Shown here in pieces: positions 63,668 to 64,000 of a DNA stretch of 64,000 bases. The first letter of the stretch is position 1. The number at the start of each line of letters is the position of its first letter. The translations under genes were made by a program, and so were the position numbers. This DNA comes from Phycisphaerae bacterium (GTDB lineage Bacteria; Planctomycetota; Phycisphaerae; UBA1845; Fen-1342), in contig JASFQK010000002.1 of assembly GCA_050115495.1 (NCBI GenBank), forward strand, positions 148,739 to 212,738, read 5' to 3'. Under the pieces are notes generated by a model that worked only from the letters and a program-made list of their open reading frames with translations, was not told the origin of the DNA and did no database searches.

Positions 63668-63892
63668 CCTTTAAGCCTTAAGCCCTGAGCCGTGAGCCTT
63701 GGGCCTTGAGCCGGAAGCCAGCGGCTCCGCACGGGCCGCCCTACGTGCGTGCGTTCTCGCGTTTGCGGCGTGCCGGCCATCCCGTAGCGGCCGGTCTCCG
63801 TGCCGGCCGTCTTCTGTAGCGTCGGCCCCCCGTGGCCGACGTCGACCGCCGCGCGGCGCCCTACGTGTGTGCGTTCGCACGTTTGCGGCGGG
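63668..63892. repeat. Heptamer repeats plus REP-like palindrome cluster
   Basis: gccttaa/gccctga/gccgtga/gccttgg/gccttga; GTAG hairpins at 63784 and 63816; direct repeat 'cgccctacgtg.gtgcgtt..c.cgtttgcggcg' at ~63737 and ~63857. Confidence 0.8.
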
Positions 63893-64000
63893 CTGATCTC
63901 CTGGTGGAGATGGGGGGCGTTGGGGGTGGTTGTCGCCGGAGTAGAAGGGTGGCGAGGAGGCGGGGGAGCCAGGAGCGTGACGCCGGCTGGGGGTGGTTGG

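Noticed and set aside
63894..64000. Possible gene 3' end entering from the right edge on the minus strand
   Set aside because: Too short and low-complexity to support a call.

Overview
High-GC bacterial DNA whose gene content points to Planctomycetota, probably Phycisphaerae: PEP-CTERM proteins, an ECF sigma/Ser-Thr kinase pair, dockerin-like EF-hand proteins and many CxxCGYxLxG...CPECG zinc-ribbon membrane proteins. About 50 CDS are supportable. No rRNA, tRNA or CRISPR array was seen. The main highlight is a compositionally distinct island (~32.4-36.0 kb) with a ubiquitin-like conjugation operon: triple beta-grasp protein, E2-like/ThiF(E1) fusion and DUF6527-like Cys/His protein. It is divergent from an XRE repressor plus an ImmA/IrrE metallopeptidase, with a near-consensus promoter and repeated operator-like motifs between them. 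The Ubl has no C-terminal glycine and the E1 has no C-terminal catalytic cysteine, so the chemistry must be non-canonical. Other notable items: two giant secreted paralogs built as cohesin-like + Cys-rich Ig/HYR repeats + dockerin-like tail; an intact ISAs1 element (TIRs, 8-bp TSD) in the last codons of an MFS gene; a four-gene LPP20/FlgT-like envelope operon including an unannotated 54-aa lipoprotein; PPDK with a histone-H1-like tail; a ~1 kb tandem duplication; several pseudo-enzyme candidates; and two REP-like palindrome families. All family assignments come from motif recognition by eye, not database searches.
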